From assembly GCF_006345805.1 (NCBI RefSeq), contig NC_043000.1, positions 70,990,001 to 71,054,000 on the forward strand: a stretch of DNA of 64,000 bases, written 5' to 3'. Each line of letters starts with the position of its first letter. The first letter of the stretch is position 1. Both the position numbers and the translations under genes were made by a program. Below the pieces are notes generated by a model that had not been told where the DNA came from, searched no databases, and saw nothing but the letters and a program-made list of their open reading frames with translations. Positions 33,880 to 46,529 of the stretch are shown here, piece after piece. The stretch is from Octopus sinensis. Its lineage: Eukaryota.

Positions 33880-34780
33880 TACTGTAAATTTTATCTTCGT
33901 CTCTTGTTTCCTGTTCGTCTTCTTTGTTGTCACATTCTTTCCTTCTACCAAGGAAATCTAATGCCCATAGCTTAGGCTTTTCCTTGGGGCTGGCCCTTCG
34001 GAGCAAATCTCAGAATTAAACAGCCGAATTTGCCATGATGAATCGTTTTCTGACTGAAGAATGAAGACTCTGAATTACTGTCCGTTTTTTTCCGTGTTTG
34101 TCATTCGTGAATTTCACGTCCTTTATATATAGTTTTATATTCTATATTATCGCAGCGCAACGTGCACCAATCCATTTATGTTTGCCATATCTCCACTATT
34201 GCACGATGTCTTCAACTTTAAACTCCCCTTTCATCATCCGCCATTGCTTCTTTCTCAAGGAATTTTGGCGCTTCTTTACTAAGTTATTTTGGCGCCCCTT
34301 CCTCTCACCCTCTTTAATTCTTTCTTTCTCTCTCTCTCTTGGTCATTTCTCGGCCCTCCTCTATCCCCCCTCTCTCTTTCTCTCTCACCTTCTTGCAAAC
34401 CTACTACTGCTAAGCCATTCCACTGCCGTCACCGAAAAGGTAACCGTTTCCTACGCTGCTGATCAATTGTTTTGTCTCAAAGTCGTATGACGCCCCCATA
34501 TCATTCCTGTTTTTATTCGTTACTGTAAATTTTATCTTTGTCTCTTGTTTCCCTGTTCGTCTCTGTTGTCACATTCTTTCTTTCTACCAAGCAAATCTAA
34601 TGCCCATAGCTTAGCTTTTCCTTGGGGCTGGCCCTTTCAGAGCAAATCTCAGAATTAAACAGCCGAAATTTGCCATGATGAATCGGTTTCTGACTGAAGA
34701 ATGAAGGCTCTGAATTACTGTCCGTTTTTCCGTGTTTGTCAATTCGGGAATTTCACGTCCTTTATATATAAGTTTTATTA
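33880..34780. repeat. Direct repeat pair of ~260 bp (33880-34140, 34521-34780)
   Basis: Both copies run TACTGTAAATTTTATCTT...GGGGCTGGCCC...CACGTCCTTTATATAT. They are separated by ~380 bp and flanked by TA-rich low-complexity DNA. Confidence 0.85.
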
Positions 34781-35203
34781 TATATACATATACATATATA
34801 ATACATATACATACTATATATTACATATATACATATACATATATATATACATATACATATAATATATACATATCATATATATATATACATATACATATAT
34901 AAACAGATATATACATATATATCATATACACTAATATACATATACTATAATATACATATACATATATATACTATACATATATATACATATAATATAGTAC
35001 ATATACATATACATATATATACATATATAACATATACATATATACATATATATATACATATACATATATATACATATATATACATATATATATATATATA
35101 TACATATATATACTATATATACACATATATATACACATATATATATATACATATACATATACATATATATACATATATATACATGTATATATATGTATAT
35201 ATA
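34780..35203. repeat. Long compound (TA)n/(TATACA)n low-complexity tract
   Basis: About 420 bp composed almost only of TA/TACA units. Confidence 0.95.
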
Positions 35204-35390
35204 TAGGCGCAAGAGTGGCTGTGTGGTAAGTAGCTTGTTTACCAACCACATGATTTCAGTTTCAATCCCACTGCGTGGCACCTTGGCGAGTGTCTTCTAC
35301 TATAGCCTCGGGCCGACCTAAGCTTTGTGAGTGGATTTGGTAGATGGAAACTGAAAGAAGCCCGTCGTATATATGTATATGTAATATTAT

Positions 35391-35427
<37 letters not shown>

Positions 35428-35639
35428 CGAGTGTGTGTTGTGTTTGTCCCCCTAGCATTGCTTGACACCGATCCTGGTTTGTTTATTTAGCGGTTCGGAA
35501 AAGAGACCAATAGAATAAGTACTGGGCATACACAAGAATAAGTCCCGGGGTCGAGTTGCTTGATTAAAAAGGTGGTGCTCCAGCATAGCTGCAGTCAAAT
35601 GACAGAAACAAGTAAAAAAAGAGTATATATGTATGAAAT

Positions 35640-36420
35640 TCCTCACTAAAACAGCCATACTCTCTTCCTTCAGGGGAACCGCTCAGAGCCTCTAACAATA
35701 TCAGAGACCTGGGTGTAATTGTTGATGACGATCTCAGCTGGAATGCACACATCAACAATAAGGTCGATTTAGCTCGTAGGATGAGTTCCTGGATCTTAAA
35801 AACTTTCCAGTCCAGAGAACAAGGTGTCATCATACCACTTTTCTCCTCCTTTGTACGGCCACACCTCGAATACTGCTGCCCACTGTGGTCTCCCCATACA
35901 AAAGAAAACATCTCGAGGATTGAATCACCCCAGAGGGCACTCACTAAACGAATTGAAGGCATGGCTGCTCTCGATTATTGGGATCGCCTTAAAGCCTTGA
36001 AACTCTACTCTCTCCAGCGTCGCCGTGAGCGGTACATCATTTGTACGATGTGGAGAATATACCGCCAACTTTGCCCAAACGACCTGAACATCAGCTTCAA
36101 GGTTCATCTAAGACTGGGACCATGGGCCATATGTCCCCTGCCCAATTCAAGATCACAGAATACATGTACACTGTAACATAATTTCTTTTCCTCAACAGGC
36201 CCTGCCCTGTTTAACATTGTCCCGAAAGAGATCAAAGAGGAAAAGGATCCCATCAACTTTAAACAGAGTCTGGATAGATTCCTTCAAGGAATACCAGATA
36301 AGCCACCCATAATTGGATACAACTCACCCAACAAAAACTCACTACTTGAATGGACCATAAACAAAACTTGACTTAAACAGGATTCAAATAATCAGGTGGT
36401 GCTATTAAGTTAGACATGGC
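35640..36420 (+). mobile_element. CR1/L2-group LINE 3' fragment
   Basis: RDLGVIVDDDLSW...FVRPHLEYCCPLWSP...LYSLQRRRERY...GPALFNIVP. Confidence 0.88.
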
Positions 36421-36899
36421 CTGGACCAATCTTTGGTCGAAACATAACTAAGTTTATCCAAGTTTATATATATATCATCCCCAATCAAACTTCCTTCTTC
36501 TCCAACTCAAAACTTCCGGTCTGATGTCCACAGCAAGTTATGATTTTATCTCCTTTATCTTCCGTACCTCGTACAACATACATTCATTCGCCGCTACCGT
36601 TAAATGTTTGAACTTATACAGTAACTTGCTTTGCTTTCCTATCTTTCTCCATCTTCCGCCATTGGCGGTGCGCCCGCCCTTCCCACCCCCACCACCAATA
36701 CCGGATATCTCTATATTTTTGCTCCATCTATACCGGATGTCGCTTCTCCCACCACCATTATAGGTGTCTTCTATACGCTATTTCACCATGCATTACCCCT
36801 CTCGTGATATCCTACGTTCTACTTGTCTAGAACCTGTCATCGCTCCTCCAAACACCCCTCCCCACTGGTGCTCCCCTATATTCCTGCACCCCCCCCCCC

Positions 36900-37210
36900 A
36901 TAAAAACACCATCCGAACGTGGCCGATGCCAGCAACCCGCCCCGACTGGCTTCTGTGCAGGTGGCACATAAAAGCACCAACCGACCGTGGCCGATGCCAG
37001 ACCCCTCTGGAACCTGTGCAGGTGGCACGTAAAAAGCACCCACTACACCTCGCGGAGTGGTTGGCATTAGGAAGGGCATCAAGCTGTAGAAAACACTGTG
37101 CCAGACCAGACTGGAGCCTGGGGCAGCCCCTGGCTCCCCAGACCCCGGTCGAACCGTCCAACCCGTGCTAGCGCGGAAAACGGACGTTAAACGATGATGA
37201 TGATGATGAT
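36900..37210 (+). mobile_element. RTE-tail repeat
   Basis: Two ~60-bp units, then the conserved tail ending GGACGTTAAACGATGATGATG. Confidence 0.8.
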
Positions 37211-37320
37211 ATATATATATATATTGGTAAAAACGGTAAGATAACAAAAGAAAGAAAGAGACCTCAATATTATGTAAATAGAGGAAATTTATCTCTAAAA
37301 TACTATGTGACAATTATTCG

Positions 37321-37619
37321 GTAGCCAAGATAAAACTCTGAGTTTCAGATGCCGAGGTGGAAATCCACAACACCATCTTTTCGGTTATCTGGCCATCTGA
37401 AAAACGCTATGAAAAAAGACCGTTTTACAAAGGGAAATTACTGTTTTATAGTCTGCTACTTATATAAAAGCGCTAATTCAATGACCACTAATTAAAATAA
37501 AGTTAAAAGTTCATAGTAAACATGTAAGCATGCCTGCTCATATGCACACAGATAACCGAAGAGATGGTGTTGTGGATTCCCATCTCGGCATCTGAAACTC
37601 AGAGTTTTATCTTGGCTAC
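37321..37619. repeat. 69-bp inverted repeat (37321-37389 / 37551-37619) containing a hammerhead-like motif
   Basis: 3 mismatches in 69 bp. Arm 2 reads GATAA-CCGAAGA-GATG...CATC-T-GAAA-CTCAGA-GTT-TTATC. Confidence 0.8.
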
Positions 37620-38470
37620 AGATATATATATATTTATGTATATTAATTTCTGTATATATATATACATATATATATATATATTTTTGCATATATATATGTA
37701 TGAACATATCAATGTATATGAATATGTATAATAAAATAAAATAAAATAATTTTTTTTAGATTTGTCTCCGGAAATAGCGACATATATATGTATATAGATG
37801 GATAAGTGTATATATGTGTATATTTTAAGAATATATGTATATATGTGAGTGTGTATATGCATTTATATGATTGTATACATGTATAGGTAGGTTTATATTT
37901 GCATGTATGTATCTAAGACATTGTATCCATTCACCAATAAATGATGGTGAGAGGCACACGCACATACACACGTGTGTGTGTGTGTGTGTGTATACATATA
38001 TATACATATATGTGTATACAAACTTCAACAGAGTAATAGTCATGTATACAACTTGAACAGACACACATATCAGTACATAAACATACATTCACATGTACAT
38101 ACACATATACACACACAGAGACACGTTTACACACATACCTAAATACTCACATACATACATAAGTACATACATACTTACAAACATACATGCGTATAGACAT
38201 GTATGCATGCATAGGCATGTACACATATGCATACACATATACTTACATGCACACATACATACGCACACACACACACAAACACACACACATACATACATAT
38301 CATGAACTAGCCGTTACTTTCTCAAATGCAGCATGTTGTGGTCTTACAGCGACGAAAATATTTTGGCAAATTAAATTTAAATGTTGAAGTGAATCTAACA
38401 GTTTTTCCTCTTTTAAATGGCTTATAAATACCTTCCACACTGCAATTGTTATATATATATATAATATATA

Positions 38471-38501
<31 letters not shown>

Positions 38502-38734
38502 GCATGTGGTTTTGTTTCTGTGTTTGTCCCCCCACTAACCACAACACATTTGGCCTTATATATCTTTCTCTACTCATACTCCTCCCTTCTCTCTCTAACT
38601 TTTACTCCACCCCCCCCACTAACTCCACATCTCTAACTAACTAAAGTATAGTGGGTGAACAAACATGGTAAAACTATGTGACTTTGTAGTAATCCTTATT
38701 ATTATTATTGTTAATATATATATATATATATATA

Positions 38735-41080
38735 GTTCCTTAGTAGTTAAGGCAATTAAAAGCATGAAAACAGGGAAAGCCCCAGGTTCATCAGGAATTA
38801 CTGCAGAGATGCTCAAAATATCTGGTAGTGTCGGCTATAGCCTAGTCACCCGTATAGTTAACCAGGTGATACACGAAGGAGTCATTCCCAATGACTGGTG
38901 TAGCAGCATAATAGTCAACTGCTACAAAGGTAAAGGTGACGCCTAGATACAAATAACTACAGGGGTATCAAGCTCTGGATCAGGTAATGAAGGTTACGGA
39001 GAGGGTTATAGCCCAAATAATTAGAGAGAGAGTTAGCCTAGATCAGATGCAGTTTGGGTTCGTGCCAGGAAAAGTACTACTGATGCTATTTTCATGGTAA
39101 GACAGCTGCAGGAGAAATACCTAGCCAAGACAAGCCCCTATACCTGGCTTTTGTTGATATGGAGAAAGCCTTCGACAGGGTCCCCCCGAACCCTTATCTG
39201 GTGGTCAATGAGAAAACTAGGGATAGATGAATGGTTAGTGAGAGCTGTACAAGCCATGTACAGAGACGCTGCTAGTAAGGTGAGGGTTGGCATCGAGTAC
39301 AGTGAAGAATTCATGGTAGAGGTTGGGGTCCACCAAGGTTCAGTCCTCAGTCCCCTCCTATTTATCATAGTCCTCCAGGCAATAACGGAGGAATTCAAGA
39401 CAGGATGCCCTGGGAGCTCCTCTATGCTGATGACCTTGCTCTAATTGCTGAGTCTCTATCAGAACTAGAGGAGAAGTTTCAGGTATGGAAACAAGGTTTA
39501 GAATCGAAGGGCCTTAGAATCAACTTAGCCAAAACCAAAGTCCTAATAAGTAGGAAGGTAGACCAATCACAAACACCTTCAGGTAGATGGCCCTGCTCGA
39601 TCTGTAGAAAAGGTGTAGGTAGAAACTCTATAAGATGCACCAAGTGTAAGCTATGGACACATAAGAGGTGCAGCAATGTCAAAGGAAGGCTAACTAGGAA
39701 GATGGTTTTTGTATGTGGCAGATGCTCAGGAACAATAAACACTGAAAATGCTCTGAGACCAACTTCCGTCACTTTCCAGGGAGAAAAACTAGAAGTAGTT
39801 GATAGTTTCCGTTACCTAGGTGACCAAGTCAGTAGCAGGGGCGGGTGTGCTGAAAGTGTAACTGCTAGAGTAAGAATAGCCTGCACAAAGTTTAGAGAGC
39901 TCTTACCCCTGCTGGTGACAAAAGGCCTCTCGCTCAAAGTAAAAGGCAGACTGTATGATGCATGTGTATGTACAGCCATGCTACATGGAAGTGAAACTTG
40001 GGCTGTGACTGCTGAGGATTTGCGTAAGCTCGCTAGAAATGAAGCTAGTATGCTCCGATGGATGCGTAACGTCAGTGTTCATAATCGACAGAGTGTAAGT
40101 ACCTTGAGAGAAAAGTTGAACCTAAGAAGCATCAGTTGTTGTGTGCAAGAGAGACGTTTGCGCTGGTATGGTCATGTGATGAGAATGGCTGAAGATAGTT
40201 GTGTGCGAAAGTGCCACACCCTGGCAGTTGAGGGGACCTGTGGAAGAGGTAGACCCAGGAAAACCTGGTCGAGGTGGTGAAGCACGACCTTCGAACTTTA
40301 GGTCTCACCAAGGAATGACCAGAGACCGAGACCTTTGGAAGTATGCTGTGCGTGAGAAAACCTGGCAAGACCAGTGAGAACAGTCAAAATCAAAATCAAA
40401 CCAAATCAATTCATATATCAGAAAGCAGAACCAAATTGAGGTCGATCAACATCAGTGGGAATTGCAGCTGTGGTTAAGTGAACCATCCGATCGTGGTCGT
40501 TGCCGGCGCCGCCCCGTCTAGCCTCCCTGTTGGTGGCACGTAAAAGCACCATCCGTTCGTGTCCATTGCCAGCCTCGCCTGGCCCCCGTGCAGGTGACAC
40601 GTAAAAGCACCATCCATTCGTGGCCGTTTGCCAGCTCTGTCTGGCCCCCGTGTCGGTGGCACGTAAAAGCACCATCCGTTCGTGTCCGTTGCCAGCCTCA
40701 CCTGGCCCCCGTGCCGGTGACACGTAAAAGCACCATCCGTTTCGTGGCCGTTTGCCAGCTCTGTCTGGCCCCCGTGTTGGTGGCACGTAAAAAGCACCAT
40801 CCGTTCGTGTTCGTTGCCAGCCTCACCTGGCCCCCGTGCCGGTGACACGTAAAAGCACCATCCGTTCGTGGCCGTTTGCCAGCTCTGTCTGGCACCTGTG
40901 CGGGTGGCATGTAAAAAGCACCCACTACACTCATGGAGTGGTTGGCATTAGGAAGGGCATCCAGCCGTAGAAACACTGCCAGATCTGACTGGGCCTGATG
41001 AAGCCTTCCAGCTTCACAGACCCCAGTTGAACCGTCCAACCCATGCTAGCATGGAAAACGGACGCTAAATGATGATGATG
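38735..41080 (+). mobile_element. RTE-clade LINE, 5'-truncated (RT plus PHD-like finger plus 3' UTR with tandem array), frameshifted
   Basis: GKAPGSSGITAEMLK, YKGKGD, QFGFVPGKSTTDAIF, GVHQGSVLSPLLF, YADDL, LRWYGHVMRM and GRGRPRKTW are present. The 3' UTR has a ~61-bp tandem array and a (GAT)n tail. Confidence 0.93.
40480..40925 (+). repeat. Tandem array of ~61-bp units (7 units, alternating A/B variants) in the RTE 3' UTR
   Basis: Units start GCACCATCCGTTCGTG and end G(G/A)CACGTAAAA. The middles alternate GCCAGCCTCACCTGGC and GCCAGCTCTGTCTGGC. Confidence 0.92.
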
Positions 41081-41102
41081 AGGATATATTTATATATATA
41101 TC

Positions 41103-41494
41103 GCAAATAAGAAAATGGAGGTGAACAATAGGTGGTTCATCAACTTTTGGACATTAAAATGTTAACTTATTTATTTATTTAACTGATAATGATAATAATA
41201 CACATATATATAGCAAATTATTCTTTACATATAAGATATAAAATATAGTAATATATAAAGATACCAGTAATTATTATAAAAACATGAATATAAATTGGTA
41301 AAATAATTTACAGCTGTTTCAGCCAATAGATAAAAATACCTCATTCCACCTATATTATTCAAGTGGATTGAGGTAATAGATAGATGAACATGAGGTACTT
41401 GTATATGTCTCTAAGCTTTGTCAGAGATTATAAAGTACAAATTTTAAGTTATAATAATAAATATAAATATAAAATAAACAAAATACACACACAT

Positions 41495-41500
<6 letters not shown>
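41103..41500 (-). repeat. PLE pseudo-LTR-like repeat with a hammerhead motif (core CTGACAA, G8 changed); inverted copy at 45830-46199
   Basis: About 400 bp matching the reverse complement of 45830-46199. The minus strand reads CTGACAA(41424-18)-AGCT...GGCT-GAAA-C-AGCT-GTA(41311-09). Confidence 0.8.
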
Positions 41501-41537
<37 letters not shown>

Positions 41538-41767
41538 AGATAAGAAAATGGAGAAATACATCTAAATCAAATATCAATTACCAGATAATACTCAATCACA
41601 TACTTTATTAAACCACCACATAAGAGACTGTAGGGTTAAACATAAAAAATCAGAACAAATCAGTGTACATAAAGGAATGTACATAAAAGAGTAATGTTGT
41701 ATAATAAGTAGAATATATATAAAAAAGAGAATATAAATATAAGTAAATATAAATATAAGTATAGATT

Positions 41768-41900
41768 ACATCTTACAGCTGTTTCGGCCAAGTAGATAAG
41801 TATATCTCATTTTACCAATATTAGCCTTTTATGGTAGGTCAATAAATAGATATAAATGAGACATTTACAAAAATATCATAAGGCCTCTTCGGAAATATGC
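41768..41900 (-). ncRNA. Minimal type I hammerhead with large loop II (core variant CCGAAGA)
   Basis: Stem I ATATTT/AGATGT is 6 bp with 2 G-U pairs. CCGAAGA at 41892-86; stem II GGCC/GGCC enclosing ~92 nt; GAAA at 41785-82; palindromic AGCT loop; GUA cleavage triplet at 41776-74. Confidence 0.65.
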
Positions 41901-43023
41901 ATATACATATGAGTGCATATACTCACACTCCTATACATATACATAATGATGTAAATAAATAATATAAATTAGTAAACATATATATGTTCCACATTCAATG
42001 TTTCAGTTTTTCAACTTAATATTGTGATAATAAACATACACATATTAGTACCTAGATGCAAATATACATAGTCAATAGTACATTATATTACTTCCTACTA
42101 ATTTCCAAAGTGTCATTAAAGTTAGCATCATTATCGTTGTCAATACCATTAATGCTACCATTATTATCATTCATAATATTATTAATAACGCTTACATTAG
42201 GATCCAAAGTGGCACATATGTATGTCCGGGTTCCAGTTAGTAATTTTCCTTATGACATAAATACACTATTGGATTTGAATTTAAATTATCATTGTCTTCC
42301 TCACGGTTGGTTCGCCAAGAGCCACCCGACCTCCACCACACCGCACAAGAAAAATATACACATCCACATCCAACCCTAAACCCACACGTCCACATAAAAA
42401 CCCACACACACATGAATACACCCCGACACATCCCTACACTTTCACTAGATTGCAGAGTGTATGTCTGTCATCGATTGGCTTATAGACAAATCAGTACAGG
42501 CAGCAGTGTCTATACACTAACACACACACTCACACACACATCCGCATATACTCATAAATATTAATACACTCTCATATACTGTATCAGGGAACATTCGCAC
42601 ACACATATATACATATTTAAATATATATCTGCGCACTCATACGTACAAATAAAACCTATACTTATATCCACCCATGAATAAATATTTGCATATACATATA
42701 TACATATCCAAATACGCACCTGCGTACTCATATGTATAAGAAAAACATACATCTGTACATCCACCCACGAACATACCTATACGTACAAAAACATACATAC
42801 GTACACATACACATTTTCACACATCTCGACACCTCAACCAACATCCACTAAATCATAAATTAAAATATATGTCTGCCCATCCAAAGACGTATATATACAT
42901 ACACAAAAAGTAAACAGAAGTTACTATTAATTTAGATATAAGTTCATTAATTATAAATTAAATAAATTAATTATAAGTTAGTAAGTGCCAAATAAACAAA
43001 AATAAATAAATAAATAAATATAA

Positions 43024-43072
<49 letters not shown>

Positions 43073-43779
43073 ATGTATAGATAAATAGATAAATAAAATG
43101 GAATACAAATTAAGAAGAGCACAAGATAAACCTAATATAGTAAATATAAATGGACACGCCGAAATGCACCCACAGCACATAGATGTGCAGGCACGCCCCC
43201 GCACGGACACGCGAATTCATGGCTGAGCCCACATGCACACGTCCCTCCCGCACGCACGATCACCGAGATGCACACCAGAACACGCGTACAATTACACGCG
43301 AATGTCCGCAAGTGCAGCGCGCGAGAGTGCACACGTTGATGCACATGCGTGGACGCACTCGCGCATACATGCGCACAAACTCAGGTGCAGCACCACCCGA
43401 GCCCACACTTGTACAGCAAAAATACAACAACCCCCAACAAACCAACCGTAAAAAAACCTTATATGCTCATCGAGATAAACAACTAATACTAATTATAGAC
43501 TCTCACATATTACATATTGGTATAGCAAAACCTCAAATTAGTGCCCTAAGGTATGATGCGCTTATACACCCTACACAGATAAAAGACTCTGTGGGGTTCC
43601 GAATATCATACATATATCAGAATAACTATACATTTTTGTATAATTTTCAGTCGGGACAGAAACAATCAATATAGAACACACACATGGAGACACAAAGTTA
43701 TAAATTATAAATTGTAAGGACCAATAGTACAGTCCTATATAGAGGAATGCTAAAAGATTACAGGTAGAAGAATTAGATG

Positions 43780-45480
43780 TTATTTAAATCTAGAGAAAGT
43801 GTAGGCCAATTTGTGAAGGCAAAAAAAATTTTGCTCATTAATGCTGTTAATAATGGGTTGGCCGGCTTTGATGATGAAGAAAATTTCATTGATACATAAA
43901 GAGCATTTTTTATTTCTACTATTATATACAGGTGCAGATGTTAGTATTTCCCAATCTAATTTAAAATCTCTGTTTTTACTCTTGAGTTCCCAGATATACG
44001 TACTTAACCCAGTAGAGTTCATCCTATTTTTATTTTTAAAAGTATATCTATGATAGTTTAGCCGTTGTTTTATACTATTTTTAGTCGCACCAACGTACAC
44101 CCTGCTATTGTATTGTGTATTTACAGTGCATTGGTAAACCACCTCTCTCCTCAGGCATTTATTACCAAACACACATTGATTCTTGCTTCTGCAATTGCAG
44201 TCATAAACAGATTGAGGAGATTTAACCCTGGCAGAAATCCCCGTAGCCCTATTCCTGTTGATATTATTACACTTATTTTCACTACTACCCATGTTTATCT
44301 TTCTATCATTATAGAAGCAATCTAATTTCTTGTTGTTGAAGGAGGAGATGATGGTGGCTAGATTATTCGTGATACTATATCCTATTCTAATAGTTCTATT
44401 GTTAATTATTTGGCTAAATTTATTCTTACCCTTAGTAAATAGTCTATATATTACTTTATGTATTGTTCTGACTATATCTGTTTTAATCTGCATTGCATAT
44501 GGTATTATTAGCCATAGTGTATCGTCATCACTATGTGGATTACTCCTCCTACTATCATTATTGTGCGCTAAGTTAATTAGACCAATGTTGACAAGTCTAA
44601 GATTATTAAAACTAGTATTATTATCATATGTATTTTTATATAGTATATTTTTCTTTGTCCTACAATTATTATTGTCCCTTCGGAATTTATTCGTGTTATT
44701 TGTGTTGTTCCTAATAGTTCCACCTGTGTTCGAAGGATTATTATTGGGTATATACCAAATTTTATTTTTGTAGCCTGGCTTCAGCAATGCTGTGTTGTAT
44801 TTTTCACAATGCCTATTGAATACGTCCTCGTTTGAGGATAGATAAGAGATGCTCTGACTAATGCTTCGTACCAGTGACTTTTTAATTTGAGGGGGGTGAT
44901 TGCTAGAGTGGTTTATATATACTAAGTTAGAATTAGGTTTAATATACGGTTCATGCATTCCATTAGTAAGGTTGCAATTGACATCTAAATAATTGGCAGA
45001 GTAATTTTCATTTTCAATAACTATGGATAAGCAAAACTTTTTAAAAATTTATGTAGTCATTTTTTCAGTAATTCTAGCCTCCTATTAGATGTGTTTCTGA
45101 CTAGAAATAAAGCGTCGTCCCTATATAGTCTGCCCTTTAATTCAGGGAATTCCCTATTAAGGTTATCGAGTAGATACATCCCCACTAGATCCGTCACTTC
45201 TGCTGAATCCGGCGAGCGCATGGTGATGTCAAATAAATTGGGTGTGTCTTTTCTAGCCCATAGTTTGTTATCAAACTCTATTAATGTTTTTATAGCTGTT
45301 AAGATAACCTTTATCTCCCCCATACTTATGTTGGTATGTTTTCAAGCAAAAATTAAAGCCTTATTTAGTATAATAGGGTTTCATGGAGGAGTAGTAATTT
45401 TGTATATCAAATTGGATAAATTTATTGCTACTATTATCACAAACCTGAATGGTAGAGAACACAGTTATACATAACTATTT
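43780..45480 (-). mobile_element. Penelope-like element ORF (RT plus GIY-YIG), 5'-truncated, few lesions; long 3' region extending to ~41530
   Basis: RT motifs FIQFDIQNYYSS, DITMRSPDSAEVTDLVG and LYRDD (45057-45480). ORF 43780-44958 carries SNHPPQIKKS, CNCRSKNQC, VVYQCTV...VYVGATKNSIKQRLNYHRYTF and CSLCINE. Confidence 0.92.
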
Positions 45481-45717
45481 ATATATACTGAAATATACAT
45501 ACACATCTACATCCATAAGCATATATAATATTCAGTTATTACTAATAATTATTATTAATATTAGATGTATTCTGCTATTCACAAAATGTAGTATATAAAA
45601 TAACATATAAACAGATATTTATGAAAGATATAAGGATATTCATTTTACAATCAATACATCAATATATCGATATTTCAGTATATATAAGTAGTTATGTATA
45701 ACTATATATGTATGTAA

Positions 45718-45831
<114 letters not shown>

Positions 45832-45892
45832 TCAAATGTGTGTGTATTTTGTTTATTTTATATTTATTATTATAACTTAACATTTGTACTTT

Positions 45893-46020
45893 ATAATCTC
45901 TGACGAAGCCTAGAGATATATACAGTACCTCATGTTCATCTACCTATTACCTCAATCCACTTGAGTAATATAGGTAGGATGAGGTATTTTTATCTATTGG
46001 CTGAAACAGCTGTAAATTAT
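45893..46020 (+). ncRNA. Minimal type I hammerhead with large loop II and canonical core, in the inverted pLTR-like copy
   Basis: CTGACGA at 45900-06; stem II AGCC/GGCT enclosing ~88 nt; GAAA at 46003-06; C-AGCT-G; GUA at 46012-14. Stem I ATAATCT pairs with A(-)ATTAT, apparently missing one G. Confidence 0.65.
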
Positions 46021-46529
46021 TTTACCAATTTATATTCATGCTTTTAATAATAATTACTGGTATCCTTATATATTACTATATTTTATATCTTATATGTAAA
46101 GAATAATATGCTATATGTATGTTATTATTATTATCAGTTTAATAAATAAATAAGTTAACATGTTAATGTCCAAAAGTTGTTCTCCATTTTCTTATTTGCA
46201 ATATAAATTAATGGTAAAATATCTCTTTACCTTCACCCATTTAGTACACTAGGTAATATAATTGCAATGCAATAAAAAACACTTGTGTATTAATAATTGG
46301 GTATTCTACCAGCCGTATATTGGATAGATATTATCCCTTAGTGGGTTGGATTCACAACCCCTAACTTTCTTGGAGTTATATATATATATATATTATATAT
46401 ATATATACACACACACAATATATATATATATAATATATATATATATATATTACACATGTATATATATATTCTTTTATATGTTTCAGTCCTATGGCTGTGA
46501 CCTTGCTGGAGCATCACCAGTGTAATCAC

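Noticed and set aside
34931-35281. Y/I/M/C-rich ORFs here and at 37600-38390, 42970-43210 and 45690-45880
   Set aside because: Translations of (TA)n/(CA)n low-complexity tracts.
40480-40925. CRISPR-like appearance (constant ~27-bp repeat with variable ~34-bp middles)
   Set aside because: The 'spacers' are two alternating, mutually related sequences, the array lies in a LINE 3' UTR, the context is eukaryotic, and there are no cas genes.
43183-43674. 163-aa H/T/R-rich plus-strand ORF
   Set aside because: Arises from stop-poor CA/CG-rich low-complexity sequence; no domain features.
44330-44773. 147-aa hydrophobic plus-strand ORF resembling a membrane protein
   Set aside because: Antisense to the Asn/Lys-rich PLE ORF; the hydrophobicity follows from the complementary codons.
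45340-45350. In-frame TGA in the PLE RT region as possible selenocysteine (as in Naiad PLEs)
   Set aside because: The context (FA*KH) is not an evident Cys position, I saw no SECIS, and the ORF has other lesions, so a nonsense mutation is simpler.
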